Of a stretch of 64,000 bases of DNA, positions 12,915 through 26,049 are shown piece after piece; the first letter of the stretch is position 1; each line of letters starts with the position of its first letter. The stretch is from Bugula neritina (lineage: Eukaryota; Animalia; Bryozoa). The notes under the pieces were generated by a model. That model did no database searches and had not been told where the DNA came from. It saw nothing but the letters and a program-made list of their open reading frames with translations. Both the position numbers and the translations under genes were made by a program. Location: contig OZ037772.1 in the NCBI GenBank assembly GCA_964035545.1, positions 1,922,001-1,986,000 of the forward strand. The letters run 5' to 3'.

Positions 12915-13830
12915 CAGTGCTTCCCAAGTGATGAATTTGGCCTTTTTTAGGGGAGATTTTTTTTTCTAAAAATTTCTAAGTTTGTTACCAGCCCTTTGAG
13001 CTCTCGCCTTGTTTTCAATATTACATGTACTGCATATGTATAACTATAACTCCTTCATTTTATGTAGTTCATTTATTTATCTACACTACACTCTACAATC
13101 TAAGTTTACTTCTACATTCATGTGTCTAATATTCACTCTACTCTAGCTGCTACCCCTCCTACTACGAATGAAGGTTCAGAAGTTTGAATTGGAAGCAAAA
13201 CCAACAGGAAGTTTAAGCAGCAATGCAAGCTCATTTCTATAAACTATACACACTGCATACATATAGTGGATATATTTCCTGTGTTCCAGTACAATCATCA
13301 CATCATCACTCTTCATTATAGCTGCATCAATCCTTTCAAAGCTGAACTCAAGTTGTGACCTTGACATAATTCTATGATACAACTATCCTCACACTCAATA
13401 AGTTATTAGAAAAAGAACCTGTTCCAGAGATATCTTTCAAAAAGCATTTCTGCGAATATCCTTAAACTTTTAACGTTATTTCAACAGTATTTCTCTGAGC
13501 TACCTTCATAAGAGAGTTACATGAGAGTGTCATCGAGCTGGTTTACAGTGAAGGATGATTTGCTGAATTCTGTGTTTCCACAAGCAAACTCTACCCACAC
13601 ATTGCTGACAATTTACACCATAACAGTTTCAGCACCACGTTTTTATATAAGGTAGGATGGGCTTAATATATTATGCTAATGGTTAGGAATCAGCAAAAAA
13701 ACTGCCTTGACCTGCAAAGTGGCCTACAATGTGCAACTTGTCAAAAACCAAGTCAAACTTAAGCAAGCTGACACAATGTCATCAGCTGCAGCCATCATAT
13801 TAATAATTGAACTGCTCTGCGCTTTTTACA
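12915..13830 (-). mobile_element. hAT-family element copy (reverse orientation), possibly with decayed transposase remnants
   Basis: Terminus cagtgcttcccaa at 12915; 12915-13175 is the reverse complement of about 20500-20771; about 13760-13795 matches 17702-17738 reversed; far end uncertain. Confidence 0.65.
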
Positions 13831-14009
13831 TGCACAATATAATAATGATAAAGAGACAAAGATTTTGTAAGGATTTTGTTACTAAAGGGGATATTGACAT
13901 TATGGGTATATTTGTAATTTGAAAATATACATTCTAAATTAGCTCAATTGAAAAATATGTACACTTGGTGCCCTGTATAATTTTTCAAAATTCAACTTAA
14001 GAGTTGTCT

Positions 14010-15350
14010 GTCTTCGACACTACAATATAGCGCTCCGCTCACTGAACGCAACATTTCTTTCACATGATTATTATAGAGTGACGTGTTATAATCCTTCTGC
14101 GCGTAGAACTTCCTCGTTATTTTGGTTTTATTGTGCCTCATCTTAGTTACTAGTTACTAAGTGCCTGACCAGTTTAGTGACTGACACTATTGACTCACGT
14201 GAGGTGAGAACATTTTGAGTCATCTTATCATTTCTCAAATTGATCAGGTACTTTAATACTTACAGTTAGATTTACTATTACTATTACAGTATTAGTATTT
14301 AGTATTTAGTATTTTAGATTTATTTTTACTTTTAGTTTTAGTTTTACTTTTACTTTTAGCATTTAAGTTTAAGTGTAAGTCTAGGGTTATAAGTATAACT
14401 TATATATTATATAATATAAGATTAAGTTAAAGGCTAAGGAATATAAATTATAAGTTATATAAATTAAAATACTTGTACTTATAGTTATAATATTAATTAA
14501 ATAATATTAATTGTTTCTCTTTGAGTCTTTAACTTGAAATTTACAATAGTAATACCATAGCCCATAGTCATATGATTATGATCGATAATTAATTGATTAT
14601 AATCATAATGATTAATCAAATAATATAAATATGATTGTAATAATTATTTATTGATATTAAATTATTTATTATTATAATAAATTTAATCGACTTCAAGCTT
14701 AGGTTCAAGTTTTAATAGTAATACTGAAAAATTGATCTACTAGTACTAAACTACTACTAGTAGTAGTAGTAGTACTAGTACTTGTAGTGCGATTACAGAT
14801 TACTATTACTTAGTATTAGTCTATTAGTATTACATGTACTATTAGATTACTATTAGGATTGCTATTCGATTTAGTGTTGGTATAACTATAAGAATTGAGA
14901 GTAAGTATTTCACTTTCACACTATTTTATTAATATTTGCATTAACTTTGAGTATTACTATTAGTAATCACAATTAGTATTGATATTACATTTGCTATTAC
15001 TACTACTATTACTATTAGTGTTGTTGTATGAGTAATTACTAATTAGTATTAGTATTTTTTACTCATTCCATTACATTTACTATAAGTATAACTATAAAGT
15101 GTAAGTTACTATTACTGCTCTACTATAACTATTAGTATTAGATTTAGTGTTGCAGTTGGTCTTACTGCCAGGTCCGCTACCATCATTAGATTTATTTCTA
15201 ATGATAGTCTTGGTGATTATCACCCAATATTATCATTATCAGCATGAGCATAGCTTGACTTTGTTAAGTCAACATTTAACAAGTTATACTTGTAATAATT
15301 TTATTATAACCAGTGAATCACTTACCTTTACTTTGTGAATTTATGATTGT
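14010..15350 (+). promoter_or_regulatory. Candidate promoter / non-coding first exon of the TRIM gene, followed by a low-complexity tract
   Basis: CpG cluster 14010-14210 with TCACGTGA and a gag|gtgag donor-like site near 14204; lies upstream of the TRIM ATG. Confidence 0.35.
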
Positions 15351-15577
15351 AACACTGAAAAATATTATCATAATTACAATTGCAAATTTTTGAATTAATG
15401 TTACACTTACTCGATTTGAATATCAGGATATCTTACCACTGGCACTAGCCAGTTTTCAATCACAATGCATAGTGATCACTGCATGTGATACATTGTCATA
15501 CCCTGCACATTCCAATGCACTGCCCTTCTCTATTCATTGCGAATAGCATATTTATTTGGCTTATATTATTTTACTCA

Positions 15578-15865
15578 GCCTAGGGCCACACTGTGCGTAT
15601 TTTCGCATGCGAAAATTGAAATCACAAGTAGCAAAGGCGTCCACTGTAGCATCAGTGATGCGTGATAAATAAAGCTTTCTTTTTTAAATCGCACTCGCTT
15701 GCAATAAAACGCAATTTACTGGAATGTAGCACTAAAATAAAGAAATTGGGCTCGCTGAATAACTACCAGCCAATTAGGTGACCACGACAGAGACGATTCG
15801 CACTTGCGCACAGTGGACACCTTTGCTACTTGTGATTTCAATTTTCGCACCGTGTGGCCCTAGGC
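15578..15865. mobile_element. PIF/Harbinger-like MITE (288 bp)
   Basis: TIRs gcctagggccacac / gtgtggccctaggc, long internal inverted arms (gcgaaaattgaaatcacaagtagcaaagg), 3-bp direct flank tca on both sides. Confidence 0.8.
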
Positions 15866-16999
15866 TCAGTGTTGATTATACAACTAACATGTACTGCACT
15901 GCTCTAATTTATGTAGCAACACTTGGTAGTTGCTGCTATCTTTACTTCTAAATTTGTGTCATTTAAAAACTAACATATTTGCATAATAGGTATTAAAATT
16001 TAAGTTACATAATTGGAATTTGACTACTCTATAAATTACTGAGAATATAAGGTTAACCACATTTATATGATGTACCATTGTTGTAGACATAAAATATGAG
16101 GTTAGTGTTAATAAATCATTTGCTAGGTAAGAGTGTAGAATAAATAATTGGCTAGAGATGAGTGTAGAAGCTGCCAACTCGTGAAATAGCTACACCTGAC
16201 CTAGAAGAAGCACAAACTTGTTAAATTAGTATGTTTCACACCACCATAGTTTCTATTAGATGATTTGAATAGCAAAGGTGGTGGAAGGGTGAATCTAAGT
16301 AACATATTAACCAATGCATCACCAATATTGCAGAGATGTTAAAATAAGTTTTTTAATTTAGATTATTAAGATAACAAATAATTTTTAACACCCAGCACAA
16401 AATATTTCATGAAACTATGTTTTCTCCCACTGCTAAGTTTCCCCCTGTTTTGTGTCTAGCCTGAGCCCACGCTATGTATCTAGCCCAAAAATGGACTGGT
16501 AACATTGTAAAAATGGCTGATATTTTACTTTATGGCAAAGTCTGTATGCAGATAAGCAGCTGAGCCCAATTGTGCTGTTTGTTCATAAAAGTAATACATA
16601 ACTCACTGGTATTCATGTTTCACTTCTCCTCTATATATTGGAAACACTTGAATAGTGGTGTTCAATAGAATTAGAATAAAAGTGTTCACTGAAGCACACA
16701 ACATTGCTTCATATTTACTGTATATGGAGTTTGAGTCACCAGCAATAACCTATTCAGTGATTACAATGGAAACAATACAGCCTTTGTTAGAGAGTTAAAG
16801 CTGTGAGCTCAGCATGTTGTAGCTGGCTATCATGTATACCAGTTTTATTAACTGCCTTTGTTTAACATTATTTTTCACTTTATTTTGTATGGTTTGTTGT
16901 TAATGGTTAAGTCTTTGATTTGGAAACCTTCAAATAGTGTGAAATATTATGCTAAGAGTATGTGTATCTTTCACAGCACTTCCTTATTATATAACCAAG

Positions 17000-19900
17000 A
17001 TGGCAGAATCCAGAGTCGTGAAAAAGAGACTAAACAATTCATATCGCTGTGGGTACTGCTCGCAGTACTTCAACAAACTTGAAGATCCCAGAACTCTGCC
17101 CTGTCTGCATGTGTACTGCATGAGATGTTTGAAGACTGACATCGGTGGTAGGAAGGATCATATCAGATGTGCTTATTGTAGGTGAGTTACAGTACATAAC
17201 ACAATATATCATGTCGTAGGCTTGCATATGATTTTCTCACTATCATCTAGGAGTTGTCTGATCTGTGTCTATGAAAAGCAAACAATACTGTATATTCTAT
17301 GTGAACTCTGGTTACTTACTTGTGGAGTGTGTGGATATCTTTTCATCAGGTAGAGAAAATAACTGTTATGTAGATTACACCATCAGCTGTCCTCTCTTGT
17401 TGAATTGTGGTGCTGTTGGATGTCATGGGATTGGGGTTGTCTCCTCATTATATTCATTTGTTCTCATACAGTACAAGACTTGTTAGAGCAGTCATTCCTA
17501 ACCTTTTTCATACCATTCCTACTTTCATACATGTTTACTATTAAGTCCCCTCCCTTTTGTCAATCGGAAATTTTTATGACGGACATAATGATAATATAGA
17601 TTACTATGCAATATTTTTTCTCTTACATTTGAATATAATATAATTATTTCTGATAATTATATTATGCATGTGTAAAACACAGAGCAGTTCAATTATTAAT
17701 ATTATGGCTGCAGCTGATGACATTGTGTCAGCTTGCTTTCAAACCTCCCACCCCAACCCCTAAACCCCAACCCCAATATTGTAATTAAAACACATTCATG
17801 TAGAAGTAGACTGAGATGGCAGAATTGGTTAAATAGATAAGCTAAGATGAAGGCTTATAGATATACATGTACATGTAACTTGCAAGAGCTCAAAAGTCTT
17901 CAACAAACTGCTTGAAATTTTTGAAATCAAAATCTCAGCTCCCCCTAAAAAGCCCAAATTCCCTCTTAGAAGATTCTCCCAGCTTGGGAACCGCTGTGTT
18001 GGATTGACTTGTGTTTACTATCTCCTTTCCTGTGATTAGAAACATGTATGATGTTGTCATGGCAACACAGTTGCTGTGGCACAAAGTACAGTTTACTAGT
18101 ATGTAGTGATTGTGTAGTGAGAGTGGAGTGTCTGGTTATTGTCCATGGTTATGTGTAATCTGTAGGGAGTAGAATTATATTATTTTAATATAATGTTGAG
18201 AGAGGTACTTTTATAATGGCAGTTTGCTAAATAGCTTTAGTTCTAATGCGATAGACTCATAACTCTGGAGTCTAGCAACTGCTACTATTACCACTAGCTG
18301 TTCAAAATTCGGGCTGCCAAAGCATAATAGCCATTGACAAGGCCAAGCAGTCACTGGGAAATTATTTGACTAAAGAGCAGGTCTTATGACAATTAGTAGT
18401 CAGTCCCTTAGACAGGAAACAGTGATTCTGTGACCTATTTAGTTAAATCCAGAGCTGAACTTTTGATTGACTATTAGATAGCCATCACAATTTTATTTGG
18501 TACAATATAATATTATGGGGTGTCAATCAGTGTCTAATATAATCTGTGAATTGAGTGTCTACTTCTTCTACCACCAGTCAGTTGTATTAAGTGTTACTCT
18601 GTATTGAGTCATGAATAGTGTTGAGGATTTGGGCCTATATTATGCCACCCCCCCTCTCTGACTTAGACTGAGACCCAACCTGCTGCACATACATAGCAGT
18701 ACTACACTGAAGATAGTTAACATGTGTATGTGTCATCCTACTAGTAATGGATTACTAAGTACAAGTTATCCTATGACTCACTCTTCTTACGCTAGCTGCA
18801 CTAGATAGGCAACACTCACACGTGACACGAACTCACAGTGCACTAGCTCTTGAAACATTGCCAAGGATGATGAAATGACAGTTTCGCGCCACTCCTAGCA
18901 GTTAGAGTGGCAGGGAATAGTTGTAGTATGTTGTAGTATTGGCTCCTCAGAATTCACACCTCAGTAATTAGTTGCATTGCACAAACTTGCAACAATAGTG
19001 AATAATTATTGACAATATGGCCTCCACTCAGTAGTTAACTAGTAATTTGTCTTGTAATTTTACTCTACAAGTTACAGTTGAGTCTATTTGTTGAGTAGCA
19101 GTTCTTTGTCATGAGTGACTATTTTCCAGCATATTAGGTACATAATATAGTCAAGTGTGTTTTTGTGGTAGCCTGTGGTTTATATAATGAATGTGTGTTG
19201 ATGAGTGGTGAGTATTTATTTGAGTATTTGTCAAGGACATAGCTGTGTGTGTGGATGGAGTATTTCATTACTTGAGATATACTAAACACAGCTAACACAG
19301 GTAACATACTGATTGCTATATATTGTAGGAAAGATCACTATGACATCACAGATCCCACAACACTACCAGTAGCTCAGCATGGAGACCCCTTAGAATACAA
19401 GTCTCCACCCAAACCTGCACCCATTCCCTGCGATGTGTGTAAAGGTGGAACACAAGCTGCTGTGTTTTGTATGGAGATTCAAAAGAAATTGTGTCAGCAG
19501 CATCAAGAAGTGAGTCTTTCTTATATAATTTCTCAAGATTAGTTACTAAACCAGTTCTGGGTTGTGGAATATTATTGAAAAGAAATGTTGAGTCTGTGTG
19601 ACTTTTTATACTAAACACACAGTTTCACAATGCAGTGAGTCAACTATGACAGACTTGTTGGTGAAAATACAACCAACTAAACTGTTGACCTTTATTATAC
19701 AGAATCACAGAGAGCTGATGGGAGATAGACATCAGTTTATTGACATTGAGGTCTACAGAGCTTCTCCCCAAAGATATACTATAGCTGAATGTGAACATCA
19801 TAAACAGGAACAGCTGACAGAAGTGTGTTCCAAGTGTCACCAGATATTCTGTATGAGATGTGATATGAGGACTGGCTGTAAGGATAAGACAGGTATTTAC

Positions 19901-22900
19901 TTGCTGTTTCTATTTCTGTAGAAAGAAACTGAGAAATGTTACAAGAACCTGTTATTTATTATTTTATTATTAAAGTGAGTTATGTAGCAGTAAAAGAGGA
20001 AGTCAGTTTGTCAGCATTAAGGTTTGTGTGAGACAGAAGTGGATAGTGCAGGGGTTTATATTCTCACTGTTATGTTGAATATTTAGTATTTCATCCTCAA
20101 GTGTCTGTTTCCTTGATAAGATGGTATAGGCATAGCTTTAACTCAGTGGTGTCCCACCTTCTTCGTACCATCCCTCTTTTTATAAATGTTTTCTATTAAG
20201 TTTCCCCTCTTTTGAGAAACACTGTAACTATTCATAAAGAAAATCAGGGTACAGATTTTTTCCAGAAAAGGCCAGTGTGTTTGACATGGACCAGTGTCTG
20301 CCACAACTTCAGTTCAGCTTTGAAAGCATTGATGCTGCTACTAAAAGCAGTGAGTTGATGATTATACTCATTCATTTTAGGTTCAGAGTTTTTAGTACAG
20401 CAAATATAACTACTAGGTATGCAATAAATAGCTTATGGAGATCAGTTTGACTCACTGCAAAAACTTGCTGTTGGTTTTTACTTTCAATAAACCTTTTAGC
20501 CTCCATTCGTAGTAGGAGGGTTAGCAGCTAGAGTAGAGTGAATATTAGACACATGGATGTAGAAGTAAACTTAGATTGTAGAGTGTAATGTGGATAAATA
20601 AATGAACTACATAAAATGAAGCAGTTATAATTATACATATTTATGTAACCTGGAACACAAGGCAAGAGCTCAAAAAGCTGGTAACAAACTCTGTGAAATT
20701 TTAGAAATGAAAACCCCTAAAAAACTCAAATTTCCTGTGAAGGGGAAATTCCCCAAGGTTGAGAGCCACTGCTTTAATTTTTTCAACTATTTCATTCCAA
20801 GTGCAGTGAATATAAATGACATCTTTCTAGTCCAAGTCCAACTGACTTTAGTTATTACATAGTATGTGTGTAGTGATACATCATCTACCTGTAGGTACAG
20901 GTAGTAGGTGTAGAATAAGTACAATGTCATATCTATAATAATGCTTTTATGAATAGTGTGATTTTATGTATACAGAGGAGACAGTAGCATCCCATGACTT
21001 GGCATCTTTGAGTGATTTGTCTTGTGAGTTACGAGAAAGTCTGACTGGTGGAATAGAGGCTCTGTCTGAGAAAGTTGCAGAGTTGAATGACATCTCAAAG
21101 GATGCCTGGAAAGAACTGAGTAAAATAGAAGATGAAGTGAAGAAGATGGTTGCCAGAGTGAACGCTGTAGCTGACGCTCAGGTAAGCTGACATGGTGATG
21201 TCATCTAATGTATTTCTGTGTATTTCAGTGCAGAGGAACCTGTCAATACAGATGACTCACTCATCCTTCTGCAACTGTCAATCACTCACACAGGGAGGTT
21301 GGCTGGGTGAGTGATTGACAGGTGTCAGGAGGAGGAGACTAGTCACGTGATGTACTAGCTCTCTGCTGTGTATAGAGTGTCACGTGACTGAGTCATTGTC
21401 CACTCAGCGGGTGATCTGTTATTTTCATTTCAAGTGTAGAGGTTGTGAGGTGCAGATGTGGTTACACTGTGTTACTATTTATTAGATAGAAGAGATCAGA
21501 AAGAGAGCTACAAACCTGAGGCTAGAAATATATGGATATTTGAAGAGCTGCACACAGATTGTGGATAATTATAGAATAGAGCTGGCCTTGAGTAAGACAA
21601 TGGGCAGACAGTCTCTGCTGGACACAGTACAACATGCAGTTGATAAGTTCAATGATGCAGGGATTGTGAGAGACTACAAAGAGATGAGTGAGAAGATGGA
21701 AAAGGCTACAGATATTGGTGTAATAGAGAAGTGTGTACTTCCAGACAGCTTCTTGGTACCAACATGTAGGTGGAGTCTATAAATAGTAACACTAACTATA
21801 AATAACTTACTGCGTGTAATCATGTGAGTTGCTTTCATTGAATATTTTAATAGTAGAATAAGTAGATAGAGTTTATTTATCAGAGAATTGAGTTTTGTTC
21901 TACTCTCACATTATGAGACATTTCTGCAGTGTTTCAGAGTTTATGATGTATAAGTGAGCTGCTAAACTGTGTTATGCTGACTGCCTGCTGTCAGTATTAA
22001 CAAGATATTCTCACTTAGACCTGTGCATCACGTAGCAACTTGTAGTAACTACAGACTGCTTGTATTTAAACATCTTTTAGTTTCAAGTTTGAAAAGCTGT
22101 TCCCACCTCCTCAGGTGATGAGATTCTCAAGTTATAGAATTGTTATTTTGTTGTTGCAGACAGTGAAGACAGTCTGGGACTGAAGCTGCTGCAGCCACCA
22201 TCTTCTCTCCAGTCTGATGGACTTCCTGTACGTGACTCGTGTTTCACAGTAAACATCTCAGCTGATGGACATTTGATGTGTCGGACATGGGGAGGTGTAG
22301 AAGTAATAAATAGAGACACTCTGGATACTATCAGCTCAGTGAAACACACCAACACTACAGTGTGGGAGGAGATAATCCAACCTGAAGGGGTGATGGTTGG
22401 CATCTGGTATAACGGAGAGGACACAGCTGAAGTCTCACTTCTTGATCCGAACTCCTTTGAGAAGACTCGCTCTCTCTACAAGCATTCAGTAGATGAACTC
22501 TTCACTTACTTCACTTACTATAGAATAGCTCAGCACGACTCACTGCTCTATATTGTAGACAGGAGAGAGAAACAGCTGGTTGTCTGTAATCTAGTTGACA
22601 ATAAAATACAGAAGTTCCCACTTCCTGAGATGAAGATCCCTCTACCTGTATGCATCCTCCCAGACTCAACTCTCCTCATAGGAGACTGCACTGAAGATGG
22701 TAAAGTGAGAAGATATAAAGTGGAGAACACAACTCTCACTCTAATGTGGGAGTTTCCTCACATCTCACATCCATCTGGTATTTCCTTTGATCCAACATCT
22801 GAACTGATTCACATCTGTACAGGGATAGGACCTCTCCTCATCCTCTCACTTGAAGGTAAATACTCTGTTTATTATAGTAAGTTTAGTTACTTTATATATA

Positions 22901-23996
22901 ATTATGTTGCAGTAAGTAATATATTTTAATAATTAACAGTAAACAACTTCCACTCATAAGATATATTATGATATTGTTAGTATTTATCAAGTCACTGATG
23001 TTATTTTTAGCTAAAAGTTATGTAATAAAGACTGTAACATGCTGATAGTAGATGTTATGTTCTTCATCACATGACTTGTAGCTAATAATAATATTAGTGA
23101 ATAATACTGCCTCCCTACAATAAGTTTATTTCCAGCTGCAGTAACATGCAGGATGTAAGCACAGGTAAAAGTGTATAATATACTGTATAGGTTTAAGGTG
23201 TACTCTGTGTAGTGTGCAGTGAGCTCTTAGTAAACTCTCTATTCAGTCTTCCTTTCCAAGGGTTCACCTGGTAGTGTAGAGGATAGGGACTCCATACTGC
23301 TAAGTGAGTTGGTGCTGCAAGGGGTTCAAACCCACCTATCAGCATGTCTAGCTAGTATACTATGCAAGTGTTTTACAGTAATTTTAGAGGTGCTCAGTCT
23401 AACAACTGTACAAACTGCCAGCTACACATGAGTTATGAGTTGTAGTTTGACTTCAGTCTAGTGCTGCTATTGTTTTGGTCATCAGATTATTTAAATATAA
23501 ATAATTTGATACTTTCTGACTGCCATTACTGAGACTATTGTAATTTGATGATGGCTGATGGAGCAGTGTTTGCTGGTGGGACTCAGGTGGCCGTGGTTGG
23601 TTCTTCTCAAGTATTTAATATGTGATAATGTTGGAGTAGCTGCAGTAGTAGTAGTATTAGAAATAGACATTTGGGTGTGTTCTCGCTAAGAGCCACAGAC
23701 TAAGTTTGTGGGTCAAGATCAATACAGTTGTATAATGAGACACTATTTTCTGTTAGAATATTTACTTCATGCATATAACCTGCTTAGTTCCATCTTTAAA
23801 GGCAGTCTGTCTGTTTCTCTCAATACACACCAACTGATACAATATGATGCTATTATTTACAGGTCAACTGGTGCTTACTGTTCCCAGAGAAAGGCTTGGT
23901 TTTGATGGCTGGGTGTTGGACATTGCTGTGTATAACAGAGACACAGTGTTTCTAGCAGGTGGAGATGGTGTGAGCAGATACACAATAAAATACTAG
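17000..23996 (+). CDS. TRIM/RBCC E3 ubiquitin ligase with C-terminal beta-propeller (NHL-like) region, about 622 aa
   Basis: Exons 17000-17181 (C3HC4 RING CGYC...LPCLHVYCMRC...CAYC), 19329-19509 (B-box 1), 19703-19892 (B-box 2), 20976-21181 and 21486-21765 (coiled coil), 22160-22855, 23863-23996 (TAG). All introns GT-AG, phases consistent, 1869 nt total; AATAAA near 24280. Confidence 0.88.
17489..17996 (+). mobile_element. Non-autonomous hAT element in TRIM intron 1
   Basis: Termini cagtcattcctaacc / gcttgggaaccgctg; flanks tgttagag / tgttggat (degenerate 8-bp TSD); related to 20144-20771. Confidence 0.7.
20144..20771 (+). mobile_element. Non-autonomous hAT element in TRIM intron 3
   Basis: TIRs cagtggtgtcccacctt / aaggttgagagccactg; 8-bp TSD ctttaact / ctttaatt. 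Confidence 0.8.
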
Positions 23997-25043
23997 ACTT
24001 ATCAGCTACAGTTTACTAATAATCAGTTCAGTGAGGTACTGAGAGATAAAATGGATAATATTTGTCATCAACATGATTATATTCATTACAATTCATCAAT
24101 ACACACACTCATGGTAGTGTCAGGTATATTATATTGTGTGTTTCATTCACACTGTAATTATACTCATGTACAGTACTGAACTTGCACTGCTTTTATGCAT
24201 TATTATATGTTAATTATTAGTAATTATAGTTATATGAGATGTTTTACTGTATCAAACATGCATTGCCTTTTTACTATCTAATAAAGTTTATTTGTTAGTG
24301 AAAACATAGTCTGTTTTCATGCCTCTTTAGCTTTAGTTCAAGTTGAGTTCGGTTAGTAACAATAATCTTTACTGGAGCAGTAACTGTAAATGACTTGTTT
24401 GTGGGAGAATTTATTCACTGAATTGACATGCAGGTGCAAGTAACTCCAACATGACTAAGTAAATTTATTACAACCATTCATAATAATATACATTCCACTG
24501 CTGTGTATACAACAGCATTGAGTAGCCAATCAAATTGTTTCTTGTCATGCAATCAGGAATCTGATAAATAATATATAAGACAATCAACTAGATATAAACA
24601 CTGTATTACTCTACACATGAGCTGTCTGTGATGCAGCTGCTTTGTGAAATGTGTGTAATTTGATGAGTTTAGTTCAATTGTTTGCAGTTTAATTATGACG
24701 TGTTCCCCATTCACCTGGTAGAAATACCATGAGGTATAATAGAGGACAACTCCTAAGCATGTCTAAAGGCATGCCTTTAGTAAACAATAATATATTGCAA
24801 TGCTTCCATCTGATTGGACAACGTGGTTTTCATGCAACAGCTTAGAGCTCTTGTGTAAATTGCAACTAGTTGCCAAATGGTGATGGTAACATTTACATGT
24901 AAACTCAACTCTTTTAGGTATAGGAATTATAGTAGGGAGTTTTACTGATCTGTTTGTGTTATTTTTACCTGCAGGGCTGATTACATTATAAATTGTTTAA
25001 TCCATCTCATCTCGGAATTGCGTGTCCAAATTATTTGACTAAC

Positions 25044-25918
25044 TTGTATTTTCTATTGTTTGTTGTCAGGTGGATCCAGATGGTGGTTTCACAGCTAATG
25101 CTATCCAGGCTTACTGGCGCAAGAAAATGAAGAGAACTTGCATCAATGCCAAGACCTCTGAGTTTGCCACCAAATCGTACGTCACCCAGCAGCTAGATAA
25201 TCAGCCATTTCTTGCCAAACACATGGGAACAGCACTCGTAAGTGTTTATCTTGTATCAACCATGACTTTCTCAGTATTATTTTAGAATATCCAAAAGTTT
25301 CATGTTGAGAATTGTCGCTATAGTAACATATTTGTTTACTGTATGGATGTTGATAAATGTTGCTATAGTAACATGCTGGTTTTCTGTATGGATGTTAATA
25401 AGTGTTGCTATAGTAACATGTTGGTTTCCTGTATGAATTGTAGTTTGAGTATCAGGCAGAGTCTTCCCAACTCAACTTCCTTCGACTTCACTCTGAGAGA
25501 GCAGAGCAAACTCTGACTTACAGATAATAGTCACTGCTAGCAGCTTATCAAACAGTCACCAGTTGCTAGTCACCAGTTGCTAGTCGCTAATCACCAGATA
25601 CTAGTCCTCTACTATGTTGCTAGTCACTTGATAATCTGAACAATCACTGACTTCTTCTTAAGCTAAGTGAGTTGTTGGCATGACTTTTCCTTTTGCTGAT
25701 TGTAGATGTATAAACTCAGTGGCAGTAGAAGACGCATGTGGTGGGAAGAATAAGTCAGTCATTTTATATACAGCTGGTGATAAAGAATACACAGCAACAG
25801 AGAGTAGGTTCTAGTATTCAGTGCTGCAGGATGATTGCAAGGTATGTAAATCTGACCTATATAGTGTAAATCTGACCTATATAGTGTAAAGCTGACCTAT
25901 ATAGTGTAGATCTGACCT
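25044..25918 (+). pseudogene. Partial duplicate of three collagen COLFI exons with their introns
   Basis: Colinear with about 9882-10780; TAG at 25812-25814, Cys->Trp (AYC->AYW), GT donor changed to AT near 25525. Confidence 0.92.
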
Positions 25919-26049
25919 CCAGTAATCCTGCTCATTGAAATAGGCGTTACAGTACTGGTGATTCATATTAAAATATACATTTCTTGTTTTAAGCTTTTAG
26001 TGCTGTTGCTTGTGATGGTGGGAGAACTGTGTTGACTATAAACCTTTAG

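Noticed and set aside
17746-17775. Telomere-like C-rich stretch (also G-rich at about 50686-50705)
   Set aside because: Too short and irregular; the first lies inside a hAT element
22081-22113. Possible micro-exon in TRIM intron 5 (ttttag...caggtga)
   Set aside because: Including it breaks the frame of the next exon; direct 21765->22160 splicing is in frame
23230-23380. Possible SINE in TRIM intron 6 (ggggttcaaaccc B-box)
   Set aside because: No convincing A-box or second copy in the window
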